A stretch of 64,000 nucleotides of DNA from an uncultured Candidatus Saccharibacteria bacterium. Its GTDB lineage: Bacteria > Patescibacteriota > Dojkabacteria > J137. The stretch covers positions 43,492 to 107,491 of the forward strand of contig CAYPVU010000007.1 of assembly GCA_964414295.1 (NCBI GenBank), written 5' to 3'. Positions 1-9,640 of the stretch are shown piece after piece (positions within the stretch are counted from its first letter, which is position 1; each line of letters begins with the position of its first letter). Made by a program: the position numbers and the translations under genes. Below the pieces are notes generated by a model. It had not been told where the DNA came from. It was given only the letters and a program-made list of their open reading frames with translations, and did not search any database.

Positions 1-331
1 CCATTTCTCCAATATCTACACTTCTAATAATTTGCTTATCACTCATCATTAGTTTCTGTTCAATTTCCGAAATTATGTCATCAACTACTTCTTCCGGAAT
101 ATGTCTTTTACTTGTAGCTTTAGATATCCCTCTTTTTAGTTTTTCCCTATCGAATTCCTGTACTCGACCATCTCTTTTTAATACATTTAATGTGACTGTC
201 TCTACTCTTTCGTAAGTAGTGAATCTCTTTTTACATTTTTCGCACTCTCTTCTTCTTCTTGTAGCATTATTATTGCTTTCTCTTTTATCAATAACTCTGG
301 TACAGTTGGCTTTACAATATGGACAAATCAT
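1..331 (-). CDS. nrdR: Transcriptional repressor NrdR (3' end runs off the window)
   Basis: Manual translation from ATG at 331: MICPYCKANCTRVIDKRES...TRRRRECEKCKKRFTTYERVE...VLKRDGRVQEFDREKL, i.e. Zn-ribbon, RRRR motif and ATP-cone. Absent from the ORF track because no stop codon falls in the window. Confidence 0.95.
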   Translation of the reverse strand, partial: MICPYCKANCTRVIDKRESNNNATRRRRECEKCKKRFTTYERVETVTLNVLKRDGRVQEFDREKLKRGISKATSKRHIPEEVVDDIISEIEQKLMMSDKQIIRSVDIGEM

Positions 332-343
332 TATTTTTAATAA

Positions 344-391
344 ACACAATTAATTGTATGTAGATACCAATCTACCCCCAAACAGTTGTGG
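344..391. promoter_or_regulatory. Possible tandem NrdR boxes upstream of nrdR
   Basis: ACACAATTAATTGTAT (344-359) resembles acaCwAtATaTwGtgt; a weaker copy CCCCAAACAGTTGTGG lies 32 bp away. Confidence 0.35.
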
Positions 392-546
392 TGTCAAATG
401 GTAAAGTGTTACACGAAAGAGTTTAAGAAGGCAGTAGTTTTCACAAAAAGTTTGAAGGAAAATCTCTTATTATAGGGTACTATTTTCTTCTAGAATTTAC
501 AAAATATTTTTAAAAGCAAAGTAAAAAGTTAATAAATCATACTACC

Positions 547-999
547 CTATAGCGTTAAAGTGTTGAGTATTCTGCTCTCATCTAAGTCGTTTTCCATTTT
601 GCCTTGTTCCTGCATTATTGCTATTAATTCATTTATATCCATCCAAATAAGTTCACTATCTGCATCTCTATCATTACTATTTCTTTGTGTTTGCTCTGCA
701 ATTTGGCATAAAAAGTAAAGAGTAGTTTTATTTACTAATTCATTGTTGTCAACAGGAAAATTAGATTGAATCGATCCAATATATTTAGTAGGGATAACTT
801 TGTAGCCTGTTTCTTCTTCTACTCTATTTAAAGTTTCTTCTAAGGTTTTATTGTTCGAGTGAGTCTTCTTTGGCAAAAAGTATTTATTACCAATTCTTTC
901 TAGTTTGTGGACTAAAACTTTATTTTCCTCATTTAAAATCACAGCTCCTACAGATAGGTGATTTTTATTATTGTTAGACCAAGCAAATAGGTTTTCCAT
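547..999 (-). CDS. NUDIX-fold hydrolase (degenerate Nudix box)
   Basis: SVGAVILN...FLPK...LEETLNRVEEETGY resembles GX5EX7REUXEEXG. Confidence 0.7.
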   Translation of the reverse strand: MENLFAWSNNNKNHLSVGAVILNEENKVLVHKLERIGNKYFLPKKTHSNNKTLEETLNRVEEETGYKVIPTKYIGSIQSNFPVDNNELVNKTTLYFLCQIAEQTQRNSNDRDADSELIWMDINELIAIMQEQGKMENDLDESRILNTLTL

Positions 1000-1069
1000 A
1001 ATTAAATTGGTAATGTATTTACTATATTATATGTTAAATTATATATAATACTACAAAACAATCATAATT

Positions 1070-2533
1070 ATGGATTCTCAACTTAAGTGGTTTCATGCAA
1101 TAGGTGCTTGCGGCAAAGCTACAGCTAATGTTGCTAAAATGTTTAAAACAATGGGGTGGTTTGTAACTGGTACAGATGTTCAGTTTATACCGCCTGCAAG
1201 CAATATTTTAATTGAGGAAGGTATTCCAACCGAAATTGGCTACCATTATTCTCATTTAACTAAAGAATTTTGGGAAGCAAAGTTAGGTAAAATTTTAAAT
1301 ATACCTAAGTATCCTACTTTAGGATTAATAGTAGAATCTTCATCTTCAAAAAATAAAGAGTATTTATTTGCTAAAAAACAAGGTATTGATATTAGACCTT
1401 TTTCTCAAGTATTAAGAGATTACTTAGTTAAACCAGAAAGTATAGTAGTAACTGGAACTGCAGGAAAAACTACAACTACAGCCTTAATTACCTTTATGTT
1501 AAAAGAATTAGGTTTAGATCCTAGCTATATGATTGGTGCTGATGTAATAGATTTTAAGGATTCATTACAAAATACAGAGTCAAACTATTCTGTATTAGAA
1601 GGCGATGAATATTACTCAAAAGAATTATCAACTGGAGCAAAGTTTTTACAATACAAACCAAAGTATGGAGTTATTACAAAGATAAGCTGGGAACATGTAG
1701 ATGTTTATCCAACTGAAGAAGAGTATGTTAATGAATTTAAGAAGTTTGTAGAACTTATCCCAAATAATGGAGTTCTTATTGCAAAGGCAGGTGATAAAAA
1801 TATTGATAAAGTCTTAGAAAACTATAGAGGTTCATTAATAAGATATGGATTTGTAGAATCTATTAGTGATATTTCTAAAAATGATAATAGTTTTTACATA
1901 ACTTTATCTGAATCAAAAAAGAATTATATTATTATAGATTCTAAGGGTAATGAAATTGTAAATGGTACTACAAAACTTTTGGGAGAATATAATTTAGAAA
2001 ATATTTTATCTGCTTATATTATTTATAGTCAGATATTAAATAAAACTGATCTAAACAAATTTGTAGAAATTATTTTAAAGTTTAACGGTGCTAAAAAAAG
2101 ACTAGAAAAGTTATATGAGAGTAATAATCTTGTTGTAATAGATGATTTTGGTGTTGCTCCAGAAAGAGCAAAGAATTCTTTAAAAACATTAAAAGAATAT
2201 TATCCAAACTATAGGATAACAGCAGTATTTGAACCTAATTCTGGAAGTCGACCTTTAGATAACCAAATCTTTAATAAAATATACAATCATGCTTTTGATG
2301 ATGCGTATAATGTATTAATTCCAACATTAAGCGATACTCCAGATTTAATTCAAACAAATGGATTTATTAGTAATCTAAAAGAACTAGGTGTAAATTCCGC
2401 TTATATCCCTACCGATGATTTAATAGAAGAACTAAAAAAATATACAGATGGTACCAAAACATTAATAGTCTTTTTTAGTGCATATAGACTTACCCAAATT
2501 GCACATGACTTTGTAGCAGAAATATCAGTTTAA
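1070..2533 (+). CDS. Mur ligase, MurC/Mpl-like
   Basis: N-terminal Rossmann (AIGACGKA), P-loop VTGTAGKTTT, LEGDEY, WEHVD, GAKKRLE, VIDDFG, FEP. Confidence 0.85.
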   Translation: MDSQLKWFHAIGACGKATANVAKMFKTMGWFVTGTDVQFIPPASNILIEEGIPTEIGYHYSHLTKEFWEAKLGKILNIPKYPTLGLIVESSSSKNKEYLFAKKQGIDIRPFSQVLRDYLVKPESIVVTGTAGKTTTTALITFMLKELGLDPSYMIGADVIDFKDSLQNTESNYSVLEGDEYYSKELSTGAKFLQYKPKYGVITKISWEHVDVYPTEEEYVNEFKKFVELIPNNGVLIAKAGDKNIDKVLENYRGSLIRYGFVESISDISKNDNSFYITLSESKKNYIIIDSKGNEIVNGTTKLLGEYNLENILSAYIIYSQILNKTDLNKFVEIILKFNGAKKRLEKLYESNNLVVIDDFGVAPERAKNSLKTLKEYYPNYRITAVFEPNSGSRPLDNQIFNKIYNHAFDDAYNVLIPTLSDTPDLIQTNGFISNLKELGVNSAYIPTDDLIEELKKYTDGTKTLIVFFSAYRLTQIAHDFVAEISV

Positions 2534-2536
2534 ATT

Positions 2537-3454
2537 ATGCAGTCAGCAAAAACAATATTATTAAACAATACACTTGTAGGGGAAGTTAATCCTCAGCCTC
2601 AAAAAAGAAGAGCTAAGGTAGAGTTTCAGGCATATGCATATAAATTAGCTAATGACTTAAATGATCTTGCACATTTGCAGATTTATTTAAAATTAGCAAA
2701 GACTATTGAAAGACCTTTAATGGAGCAAGCCTATAGTTTTGTTGCAGATTCGTCTTCTTCAGAAAAAGGAAAGTTATTTTTATGGAAACTAAAAAAAATT
2801 CGCGAGCAAATTGATAGGGAAAGAAATAAAAAAAACTTTAAATATGATTATGTAATTCAAAGACAAAAAGAATTTAAAAAAATCTTTGCGAATGAAATTA
2901 TTTTAAAGCAGGATTCAGAAATTACAGATTTAATTGTAGAGAATTTAAAAAAGTATTTAATGCCGAACAAGAAAATTCTTGTTTTAGGAAATACATCTAG
3001 AAGAATTTTTAAAGCTGTTGAAAACTCTAAACCTAAAGCAACTGTAGTAGAGTTATCTCCTGAGATTAATAAAATAAATAATTCTAAAAAAGCAAAAGTT
3101 ATTAATAAGGATTTTCTTAAAAATATTTATAAGGATAACTACTTTGATGTAATTTTAATTAATAACTTTTGGAGCCAAATTCCTACAGAATCAGAAATAG
3201 GTTTTTTAAAAGAAATTAAAAGAGTCGCTAAAAAAAATTCTCTTATTTTAGTTTTATGCAAATGCAATAGTAAGTGCGATGAACAATGGAAAGAATTTGA
3301 ATATAGAAAAAAGATTTACTTAGTCTATACTAAAACCTTTACACAAGAAAGCTTAGACGAACAGTTAGGGAAATTTGAATTAAAAATGGATAAACAGTAC
3401 TTAGATGGTGGCTATTGTTTAAATGTATATTTAAATACTCAAGAAAAAGTATGA
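2537..3454 (+). CDS. Helical N-terminal domain fused to a class I SAM-methyltransferase-like domain
   Basis: C-terminal KKILVLG...VVELS...YFDVIL...LKEIKRVAKKNS pattern; the GxG motif is degenerate. Confidence 0.5.
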   Translation: MQSAKTILLNNTLVGEVNPQPQKRRAKVEFQAYAYKLANDLNDLAHLQIYLKLAKTIERPLMEQAYSFVADSSSSEKGKLFLWKLKKIREQIDRERNKKNFKYDYVIQRQKEFKKIFANEIILKQDSEITDLIVENLKKYLMPNKKILVLGNTSRRIFKAVENSKPKATVVELSPEINKINNSKKAKVINKDFLKNIYKDNYFDVILINNFWSQIPTESEIGFLKEIKRVAKKNSLILVLCKCNSKCDEQWKEFEYRKKIYLVYTKTFTQESLDEQLGKFELKMDKQYLDGGYCLNVYLNTQEKV

Positions 3455-3482
3455 CCCGATTACATTAGAAGTAATTCGGGTC
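3453..3482. terminator. Hairpin between convergent genes, probable terminator
   Basis: GACCCGA-TTAC...GTAA-T-TCGGGTC stem, followed by TTT. Confidence 0.55.
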
Positions 3483-3493
3483 TTTGTCCTTGA

Positions 3494-3832
3494 TTATTGA
3501 TTGGCTTGAATATGATTCATTAGCCCTTGAAAACGGCTGAAGTCTCTGGGATCCACTTTCGAGTACGCATTTTGCGCTCTCTCTGCTTGCTCCAAAGCCT
3601 CTGCAACCTTTTCGGCGGGTATAGCATTAACCTGTTGGACAATCTTTGCCCATAGCTGCTGCTTTTCCCACGATTCCATACCAAATGACTTGATCTCGAA
3701 AATTATCTTTGCAATCTGCTCGCGATTGAGGCGAATGCTCAGGTTCGAGACTTCTACAGCCGGGATCGTGGATTTCTTTGACCGTTTAGCAAAGCTAAAA
3801 AGTCTAAAGAAAGCTTTGATAACTTTAATCAT
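3494..3832 (-). CDS. Hypothetical protein
   Basis: 112-aa ORF with SD-like GAGGTGA just upstream. Confidence 0.55.
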   Translation of the reverse strand: MIKVIKAFFRLFSFAKRSKKSTIPAVEVSNLSIRLNREQIAKIIFEIKSFGMESWEKQQLWAKIVQQVNAIPAEKVAEALEQAERAQNAYSKVDPRDFSRFQGLMNHIQANQ

Positions 3833-3946
3833 GAATCACCTCTGCTTGTTCAAGTACATATATATTATATACCAGCTATATAAAAGTATCAATATGGATA
3901 AGGAAACTAAAAGGAGGACACTTCTGCCCTCCTCTGCATGTTGGGA

Positions 3947-4195
3947 CTACGCTGCTTCGGAAACCCGAGACATTACGTAGTCGAGGTTTAAGATATTGCA
4001 CTCCAACCGCTTCAAGAGCCAGTTGGGAGCAATCTGCCGGGGGACGCACAGTCCACCCGCCAGAACCCACGACGTTTGAGTTGGTAGCGCTAGCAATACG
4101 AAGAAAGGGAACTGTGTTGCAATCGCAACACCTGCTACCGCCAATACTGGCAGTAGGTACCAAATCATCGTTAACGCAATGCGTAAAATCTTCAT
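3947..4195 (-). CDS. Small hypothetical membrane protein
   Basis: Hydrophobic N-terminal half; AGGAG upstream of the ATG. Confidence 0.45.
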   Translation of the reverse strand: MKILRIALTMIWYLLPVLAVAGVAIATQFPFFVLLALPTQTSWVLAGGLCVPRQIAPNWLLKRLECNILNLDYVMSRVSEAA

Positions 4196-4293
4196 ACGTA
4201 CTCCTAACCTCTGGATGTCTTATTATATCATTAGTATATAGATGTTGGCTACCCTAAACTTTAATGTATAATATGTAAAATCTTATTAATCTT

Positions 4294-4956
4294 ATGAATA
4301 TAAAAATAGAAGAATCTTGGAATCAAGTTTTAAAAGAAGAGTTTAATAAACCTTACTTTCAGCAATTAATAAACTTTGTAAAAGAAGAATATGCTACCAA
4401 AACAATATTCCCTCCAGGACCTTTAATTTTTAGAGCTTTTAATGAATGCCCTTTTGATAAATTAAAAGTAGTAATTTTAGGACAAGATCCTTACCATACT
4501 CCAGGGGTGGCTAATGGATTAGCTTTTTCTGCTAACCCAGATAATAGGATCCCTCCTTCTTTATTAAATATTTATAAAGAAATTAAGAATGATTTAGGAA
4601 ATCCTATTCCTGATAATCCAGATTTAACTAAATGGGCACAGCAAGGTGTTTTATTACTTAATGCTACTCTCACAGTTAGAAAAGGAGAAGCTGGATCTCA
4701 TCAAAAAAAAGGATGGGAAGAATTTACAGATAATGTTATTAAAATAATTTCAGATAAAAAAGAAAATCTAGTTTTTATTTTGTGGGGAGCCTATGCTCAA
4801 AAAAAGGAAATCTTAATTGATAATACAAAACATTTTATAATTAAATCACCCCATCCTTCCCCGTTTAGTGCAGACCGCGGTTTTTTTGGAAGTAAGCCCT
4901 TCAGCAAAACCAATGCCTACTTAGAAGAAAAAGGTTTGACACCAATTAATTGGTAG
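4294..4956 (+). CDS. ung: Uracil-DNA glycosylase, family 1
   Basis: GQDPYH, GLAFS, PPSL, GVLLLN, HPSPFS motifs. Confidence 0.97.
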   Translation: MNIKIEESWNQVLKEEFNKPYFQQLINFVKEEYATKTIFPPGPLIFRAFNECPFDKLKVVILGQDPYHTPGVANGLAFSANPDNRIPPSLLNIYKEIKNDLGNPIPDNPDLTKWAQQGVLLLNATLTVRKGEAGSHQKKGWEEFTDNVIKIISDKKENLVFILWGAYAQKKEILIDNTKHFIIKSPHPSPFSADRGFFGSKPFSKTNAYLEEKGLTPINW

Positions 4957-5358
4957 CCTAAACTCAATTTATACCTAAGCAAAGAATTTTTCTGGATATA
5001 GCTAATAGATCACCTTACATACTTCCAGGTGCTCATAGTGTTGAGCAATATCAATTACCCGCTATAAAAAACTCTGAATTAATGAGTATGCCAGGGATGC
5101 TTAATGAAGGTGTACTAATATTGCCATCTGAGGGTGTAACTAATTATGAATTACCTACCTCTGAACAATTTGAGGAAGAAATGCAGTTAGGTACCATTCC
5201 TAGTCCATTTAGAAACACAGTTTAGTAATGGATTTGTAATTTTAAGTTCTACAGGAACAGATATTCATCATATAGTAAAAAGATCTTATGTTAAATCTGA
5301 TAGGCGTGTAGCAAGAGAACTTCTGCCTTTTAACGGGGCTGTAAAAGCAACTTACGAT

Positions 5359-5832
5359 ATGCTTACCGATCCTAAACAGGAAGTTGTAAATAGATATGGA
5401 GGGATGGGAAATATGTTGATTAATTTAATACCCTTAGACTACTCTTTTCATCATAGATTTATTGAAGAGCGTCCATACAATCATGAGGTAAGAATAAGAT
5501 TGGATGGTGATGAATATGCTGTTACTCTGCCTGAACTGTTAATGAGTTTTAATATATTTAATTTAAGATTTAGACTTAATCCTTTGGTGGATTATATTTA
5601 TAAAGGTAAGGCAAAATGTCAAAGAGATATTGATGGTGGTGAGGAAACTAAAGTTGTTTTGGCTCAAAGACATAATATTAATGCATGGAATCAAATGGAA
5701 ATTGAACTCCCTAGAATTGAAGTAGTTGCAGAAGAGATACAAGAAGATCATCCTCATTTATATAGAATCTGGGAATCTGCTGTAGGTTTAAGAAGCAAAT
5801 ATTTTCCAAGAATTCCTGTTGTAGAGCATTAA
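5359..5832 (+). CDS. Hypothetical protein, possibly the 3' part of a frameshifted gene
   Basis: Frame is open from 5191; an overlapping upstream frame (~5002-5225) has no independent annotation. Confidence 0.45.
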   Translation: MLTDPKQEVVNRYGGMGNMLINLIPLDYSFHHRFIEERPYNHEVRIRLDGDEYAVTLPELLMSFNIFNLRFRLNPLVDYIYKGKAKCQRDIDGGEETKVVLAQRHNINAWNQMEIELPRIEVVAEEIQEDHPHLYRIWESAVGLRSKYFPRIPVVEH

Positions 5833-6774
5833 CTACTTTGTACTTTCTATTCTAACCCAGGTTTTAACAAAATCTTTTTTTACTACTTTTCTATCCCAAT
5901 ATATTTTAAGCCAAAGCCATAATCTTATTGGATACAAAAGAAAAGACCAGAATATTTCTTTTAAGTTTTTTGCATATTTAATTGGGAACCAGAAATATTC
6001 AAGTTCTCTAAAAAATGATCTTGTTTTAGTAGAAGGTTTTACTACGTTGTATTGCCAAAGCTGAATATAGCCTCCAGTTGATCTAGCCTTTTGCTTAAAA
6101 TAATCACTTAAGTTTGTAGGGTATTTTACATAAGCTAATGCTTTTGGTGCATAACTAATTTTGCCTCCATTATTAAATACTACATAAGAGATATAAGCAT
6201 CGTCTACTAGGCAGTCATCAGGAAATCTTATATCTGTTTTTCTAACTGCATAAATATAACCACTTACAGGAAAGAATTCTCTCTTTTTAACAAACTTTAA
6301 ACCCATACCTGCAGGTTCGGATGTTAAATCAACAGTTCTTTTATGATGAGCTGCATCACTTAATAAGTGACCAAAATACCCCATCATTGAATTTCTTGAA
6401 TCAGCAGATTTGGGTCTGCCAGTTACTAACATTGTTGTAGGATCTTCAAACGGTTTTAAAAGTTCTTCTACTGCTTTTTCGCCAAAGTAAACATCTCCAT
6501 CTGTAAGTATTAAAATATCTCCTTTTGCTTTATCCATTAGCAGATTTAGAGCTACTGGCTTTCCCTTGCCCGGATCTCTTATAAAGCTAAATTTAGCTTC
6601 TAAATCTAAAACTGCAATTTGTCCCATTGCAGCATTGTAGGTTTCGTTATCAGGGCAGGCTAGTAAAATTTCAAAGTCGCTAGGAATTCCAGAATATACT
6701 GAGTTTGCTATACATTCTATGCACTTAGCTATACTCTTTTCTTCTTTGTAAGCTGTTATTAAAACTGAAATCAT
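5833..6774 (-). CDS. Glycosyltransferase family 2
   Basis: ISVLITAYKEE, GKPVALN, LTDGD (DxD), VDDAY, QKAR. Confidence 0.9.
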   Translation of the reverse strand: MISVLITAYKEEKSIAKCIECIANSVYSGIPSDFEILLACPDNETYNAAMGQIAVLDLEAKFSFIRDPGKGKPVALNLLMDKAKGDILILTDGDVYFGEKAVEELLKPFEDPTTMLVTGRPKSADSRNSMMGYFGHLLSDAAHHKRTVDLTSEPAGMGLKFVKKREFFPVSGYIYAVRKTDIRFPDDCLVDDAYISYVVFNNGGKISYAPKALAYVKYPTNLSDYFKQKARSTGGYIQLWQYNVVKPSTKTRSFFRELEYFWFPIKYAKNLKEIFWSFLLYPIRLWLWLKIYWDRKVVKKDFVKTWVRIESTK

Positions 6775-6840
6775 ATGGTTATACTAATTGTTTTAATTAT
6801 AGCTATATATTGTTATTTTGAATAACTGTTTCTATTACTT

Positions 6841-6938
6841 TATACTTTTTTGGAGCCAAAAAGTATACAAAAAAGCTTTGGGGACAAAAATGATGTTGAA
6901 AGTTTTTATTTGTTAGTCAACCCATTTTTCTCCCCAAA
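6841..6938. repeat. Two adjacent intergenic inverted repeats
   Basis: TATACTTTTTTGG-AG-CCAAAAAGTATA (6841-6867) and TTTGGGGACAAAAATGATGTTGA...TCAACCCATTTTTCTCCCCAAA (6877-6938). Confidence 0.6.
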
Positions 6939-7011
6939 CCCCTTTATCAACATTGGCTTGAAAGTTTTACTTTTGTGAGAATAGATATATAAAGATTGCT
7001 ATAATTAGTAT

Positions 7012-8004
7012 ATGAATTATCAAATACCATTAAAATACTCACAAAACTTTCTAAAGGATGTAGGATTGATTAATACCCTTATATCTATTTCTGACCTTAA
7101 TAAGAATGATACTGTCTTAGATATTGGTTCAGGTCATGGAATTATTGCTAAAGAACTGGCAAAGAAAGTAAAAAAGGTAATAGCTATTGAAAAAGATAAA
7201 GAACTATTCGAAATATCTAAAAAGAATCTGCAGTCAATTTCTAACGTAGAAGTTAGGAATCAAGACTTTTTAAACTCAAAGCTGCCAAAAGAAGAGTATA
7301 AAGTTTTTGCAAATATACCGTTTAGCATTACTTCAGAAATTACAAAAAAGCTTTTTGAAGATGAAAATCCACCAATAAGTGCATATTTATTTATGCAAAA
7401 AGAAGCTGCAACTAGATTCCTAGGGTACCCATTAGTTAAGGAATCTTTGCTCTCTTTACTATATAAACCTTTTTATACAGTGAAAATTGTTTATAACTTT
7501 AGGCGTGAAGATTTTAATCCTGTTCCATCTAAAGATGTGTGTTTAATTGAATTTAAAACTAAATCAAAGCCAGAAGTTTATGCAAATGCTTATCCCTTAT
7601 ACAGGGACTTTGTAACTTATGCATTAAATCGATGGAAGCCAAATATTAAATTAGCTTTAAAGGGACTATTCTCTAATTTGCAATTAAAAATACTATCTAA
7701 GAACCTAAATTTTGATTTAGAATCCAAACCTACAGAAATTGAATACGAAACCTGGTTAGCATTATTTAGAGAATTTAATAAGATTGTACCTAGATATAAA
7801 CAAAAACAAGTAATGGGGAGTTTTGCAAAGTTAAGTTTTAATCAGCTTAATATGAGAAGAATTAATAAGAATAATTTAGAAAATGCATTAGAACAAAGAA
7901 AGTTAAATCCCGAAAAGCCAAATGCTTGGAGAGGAAATTACAAAAATAAAAATGACAAATCTTCAAATAAACGATATTACATGGAAAAGAACAGAAGAAG
8001 ATAA
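7012..8004 (+). CDS. rRNA adenine N6-methyltransferase, Erm/KsgA family (Erm-like)
   Basis: YSQNFL, LDIGSGHG, IEKD, ANIPF, MQKE, FNPVP; extended -10 TGCTATAAT immediately upstream. Confidence 0.85.
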   Translation: MNYQIPLKYSQNFLKDVGLINTLISISDLNKNDTVLDIGSGHGIIAKELAKKVKKVIAIEKDKELFEISKKNLQSISNVEVRNQDFLNSKLPKEEYKVFANIPFSITSEITKKLFEDENPPISAYLFMQKEAATRFLGYPLVKESLLSLLYKPFYTVKIVYNFRREDFNPVPSKDVCLIEFKTKSKPEVYANAYPLYRDFVTYALNRWKPNIKLALKGLFSNLQLKILSKNLNFDLESKPTEIEYETWLALFREFNKIVPRYKQKQVMGSFAKLSFNQLNMRRINKNNLENALEQRKLNPEKPNAWRGNYKNKNDKSSNKRYYMEKNRRR

Positions 8005-8839
8005 GTTTTTTCCTGTTTTAAAACTCTGGAATAGAGAAACAAAAGAATTTTCTCCCCTACCATTAAATAATTATTTATTTAATTTTAAACTTAGTACTGA
8101 TAAGTTTTGTACAGGCTATACAAAGGATGGCCAATACGTAGAGTGCAGATTTAATAATAAAGTAGATAAAAGCTTTAGCGGTCAATGTCCATATTGCGAA
8201 AGAATCCAGGGATTTAAATCTACATTTATTATGGGTGATTTAAGTCACGAAAGATCGGAAGAAATATTATCTCAGGAATACTATATTTATTTAGGATATT
8301 TTGAACCTGGTATTTTAAAAGTAGGAACTGCAAATACTAAAAGAAGTAGTTTAAGATTAATTGAACAAGACTGCTTAGTATATTGTTATATTGCAAAAGG
8401 AATTGGTTATCAAGTACAAAAGCTTGAACATTTGATCTCAAAAAAATTTGGAATTACTGAAAATGTAAAATCAAACCATAAATTCAAATACTTAGGTATA
8501 AAACCCAATCAAAAACACGCAGAAGAACAGTTTGAATCTGCTTTTAGCAGAATTAAAAATGAATACCTAAATACCGAATACTCTTCTCTATTTTTGGAAA
8601 ATATAAAAGTAAAAAGTCTATTAGAAAAAAATGAATTATTTTTTCCAGGTAAGTATAAAAAATTTGAAGATACAAACTTGTATGGTAATTTTAAAGGATT
8701 AAGGGGACGATATCTATTTTTAGAAAATGAAAGTAATACAGCAGCCTTTGATATTAACTATTTTATAGGAAGAGATATAGAAGATTATTTAGATAAATAC
8801 AGTTATAACTTTTTAGAAGAACAATTAAGTTTAATATGA
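7952..8839 (+). CDS. DUF2797-like Zn-binding protein
   Basis: FCTG...C...QCPYC, YIYL, LKVG, RLIEQ, GLRGRYL. Start moved to MTNLQ (7952) to shorten the overlap. Confidence 0.7.
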   Translation: MTNLQINDITWKRTEEDKFFPVLKLWNRETKEFSPLPLNNYLFNFKLSTDKFCTGYTKDGQYVECRFNNKVDKSFSGQCPYCERIQGFKSTFIMGDLSHERSEEILSQEYYIYLGYFEPGILKVGTANTKRSSLRLIEQDCLVYCYIAKGIGYQVQKLEHLISKKFGITENVKSNHKFKYLGIKPNQKHAEEQFESAFSRIKNEYLNTEYSSLFLENIKVKSLLEKNELFFPGKYKKFEDTNLYGNFKGLRGRYLFLENESNTAAFDINYFIGRDIEDYLDKYSYNFLEEQLSLI

Positions 8840-9600
8840 TTTATAAGTTAGATTTTATAAAAGGAATAAGAAAGTATGTAAAAGACGAATTATACTTTTA
8901 CTATAAGGATAGGTTTAAGATTCTAAAAGAAACTCAAAAAGATTTGTTAATAGATACTGATATTTTAGATATTGATGAATTTAGGGCTTTAAAAACTGTA
9001 TTACATGTTGCTTTAATTGAAGATGAAAAAGTTAAAGTTGAAAGAAATTTGTATAAAAAAGAATGGAGAAAGTTTTTAGTACCAGCTGGAATTAATCCTA
9101 CTTTAGCTTTTGTTTTGTGTAAGCTTGCTAATCTAAATGAAGACGATATATTAATGGATCCATTTTGTGGTGGAGGTACAATTCCGATAACTGCCATTTT
9201 AGACTTTAATGTAAAAAAGGTTTTAGCAAGTGATATTTCTTCTAAAGCAATTGATTATACTAAAAAGAATTTTTTAGGGGCAGGCATAAAAAAAGATAAG
9301 TATTCTATTTTTATAAGTGACTTAAAAAGGTTAAGAGTACAAAAGGAATATTTAAGTAAAATTGTTACTAATATGCCTTTTGGAATAAGAGAAGGTAAAC
9401 ATAAAAGTAATGTAGATTTGTATAAACATTTTATAGGGTTTAGTTATTCTGCATTAAAAAAAGATGGGTTACTAGTTGCATTTACTACTGAAAAAAAACT
9501 TATATTAGAAAATATAAAAGATAAGTTTGAATTAATAGAAGAAGTTAGTATTGCTCAGGGCGGACTTTATCCTTCTGCATTTGTCTTAAAAAAAGTATAA
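8836..9600 (+). CDS. RNA methyltransferase, UPF0020/Trm11-like
   Basis: PTLA, MDPFCGGGTI, SDIS, VTNMPFG. Confidence 0.85.
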   Translation: MIYKLDFIKGIRKYVKDELYFYYKDRFKILKETQKDLLIDTDILDIDEFRALKTVLHVALIEDEKVKVERNLYKKEWRKFLVPAGINPTLAFVLCKLANLNEDDILMDPFCGGGTIPITAILDFNVKKVLASDISSKAIDYTKKNFLGAGIKKDKYSIFISDLKRLRVQKEYLSKIVTNMPFGIREGKHKSNVDLYKHFIGFSYSALKKDGLLVAFTTEKKLILENIKDKFELIEEVSIAQGGLYPSAFVLKKV

Positions 9601-9640
9601 ATATCTTGGTGTATAATCTATAAATAATCACTTAGACTAA

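Noticed and set aside
3690-4163. Alternative ORFs 3690-3980 (+) and 3876-4163 (-)
   Set aside because: They overlap ORFs that have SD-like signals and more plausible composition.
6841-7011. erm-type leader-peptide attenuator
   Set aside because: No convincing leader ORF with an SD, and a -10 box sits just before the start codon, downstream of the hairpins.
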